Below, piece after piece: positions 25,268-25,616 of a stretch of DNA of 25,616 nucleotides (positions are counted from its first letter, which is position 1; each line of letters begins with the position of its first letter). Source of the DNA: a virus (taxonomy: Duplodnaviria; Caudoviricetes). The stretch lies in IMG/VR virus record IMGVR_UViG_3300009418_000106, positions 1 to 25,616 of that record. One strand, given 5' to 3'. The notes beneath the pieces are model-generated. The model was not told where the DNA came from and ran no database searches. It was given only the letters and a program-made list of their open reading frames with translations. The position numbers were made by a program, and so were the translations under genes.

Positions 25268-25616
25268 AATAAATTTATTAACCCTGACCGAGGCAGCAGA
25301 GGAGTCTGGTGTCAACCAAGAGACTTTAACCAGCAGGATACGCACCGGGTCCCTGCGCTCCTTCAAGCGACACAACAGGCTGTACCTGATCATGCAGGAC
25401 ATCGCCGAGTGGCAGCCCCTGTGGCATAACAACCACACAGATATCGTGCGAGAGGCGCACGCTGCCGGTGAGCCTGATACAGCCATAGCTACTATGCTGG
25501 GTATCAGCCGGGAGAGGGTGCGTCAGCTTCGTACATCCCTTGGGCTGCCTCGCAACCCACAGAAGCCACGGCTACCCAAGGCGTTTGCACCAGACCAGCC
25601 CAAGACATTGCTGGAG
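25254..25616 (+). CDS. Double-HTH DNA-binding protein, truncated by the window end (absent from ORF track)
   Basis: ATG with AGGAGAGG RBS; 'LLTLTEAAEESGVNQETLTSRIRTGSL' (excisionase-like) and 'IATMLGISRERVRQL' (sigma region 4-like); no stop within the window. Confidence 0.75.
   Translation, partial: MEKNKINLLTLTEAAEESGVNQETLTSRIRTGSLRSFKRHNRLYLIMQDIAEWQPLWHNNHTDIVREAHAAGEPDTAIATMLGISRERVRQLRTSLGLPRNPQKPRLPKAFAPDQPKTLLE

Noticed and set aside
1-25616. Stop-codon reassignment, given the many TAG stops
   Set aside because: Long genes are uninterrupted in the standard code, and TAG stops are followed by an RBS and a new start.

Overview
The window is a 25.6-kb piece of a tailed dsDNA phage (Caudoviricetes-like) genome with two divergent arms. 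The left arm (minus strand, ~14.7 kb to 60) is the packaging/head module: terminase small subunit, a PD-(D/E)XK-like nuclease, small ORFs, terminase large subunit, portal, four unannotatable genes (835, 221, 112 and 1512 aa), scaffold and major capsid protein. The right arm (plus strand, from ~15.4 kb) is an early/replication module: a Cys-rich GP88/radical-SAM-like protein, short genes separated by a conserved ~30-bp repeat, a MoxR-type AAA+ ATPase with a vWA partner, more small genes, HTH proteins, a probable SSB, a PD-(D/E)XK exonuclease and a RepA/AAA_25-type helicase. The ~650-bp noncoding region between the arms has dense TTACT/CTTTAC repeats, palindromes and divergent sigma70-like promoters. 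The most striking find is an intergenic type II hammerhead ribozyme candidate (17051-17123) with intact core, two 8-9 bp stems and a loop I pseudoknot, directly after the last copy of the gene-boundary repeat. All calls come from reading motifs by eye; no database searches or folding programs were run.
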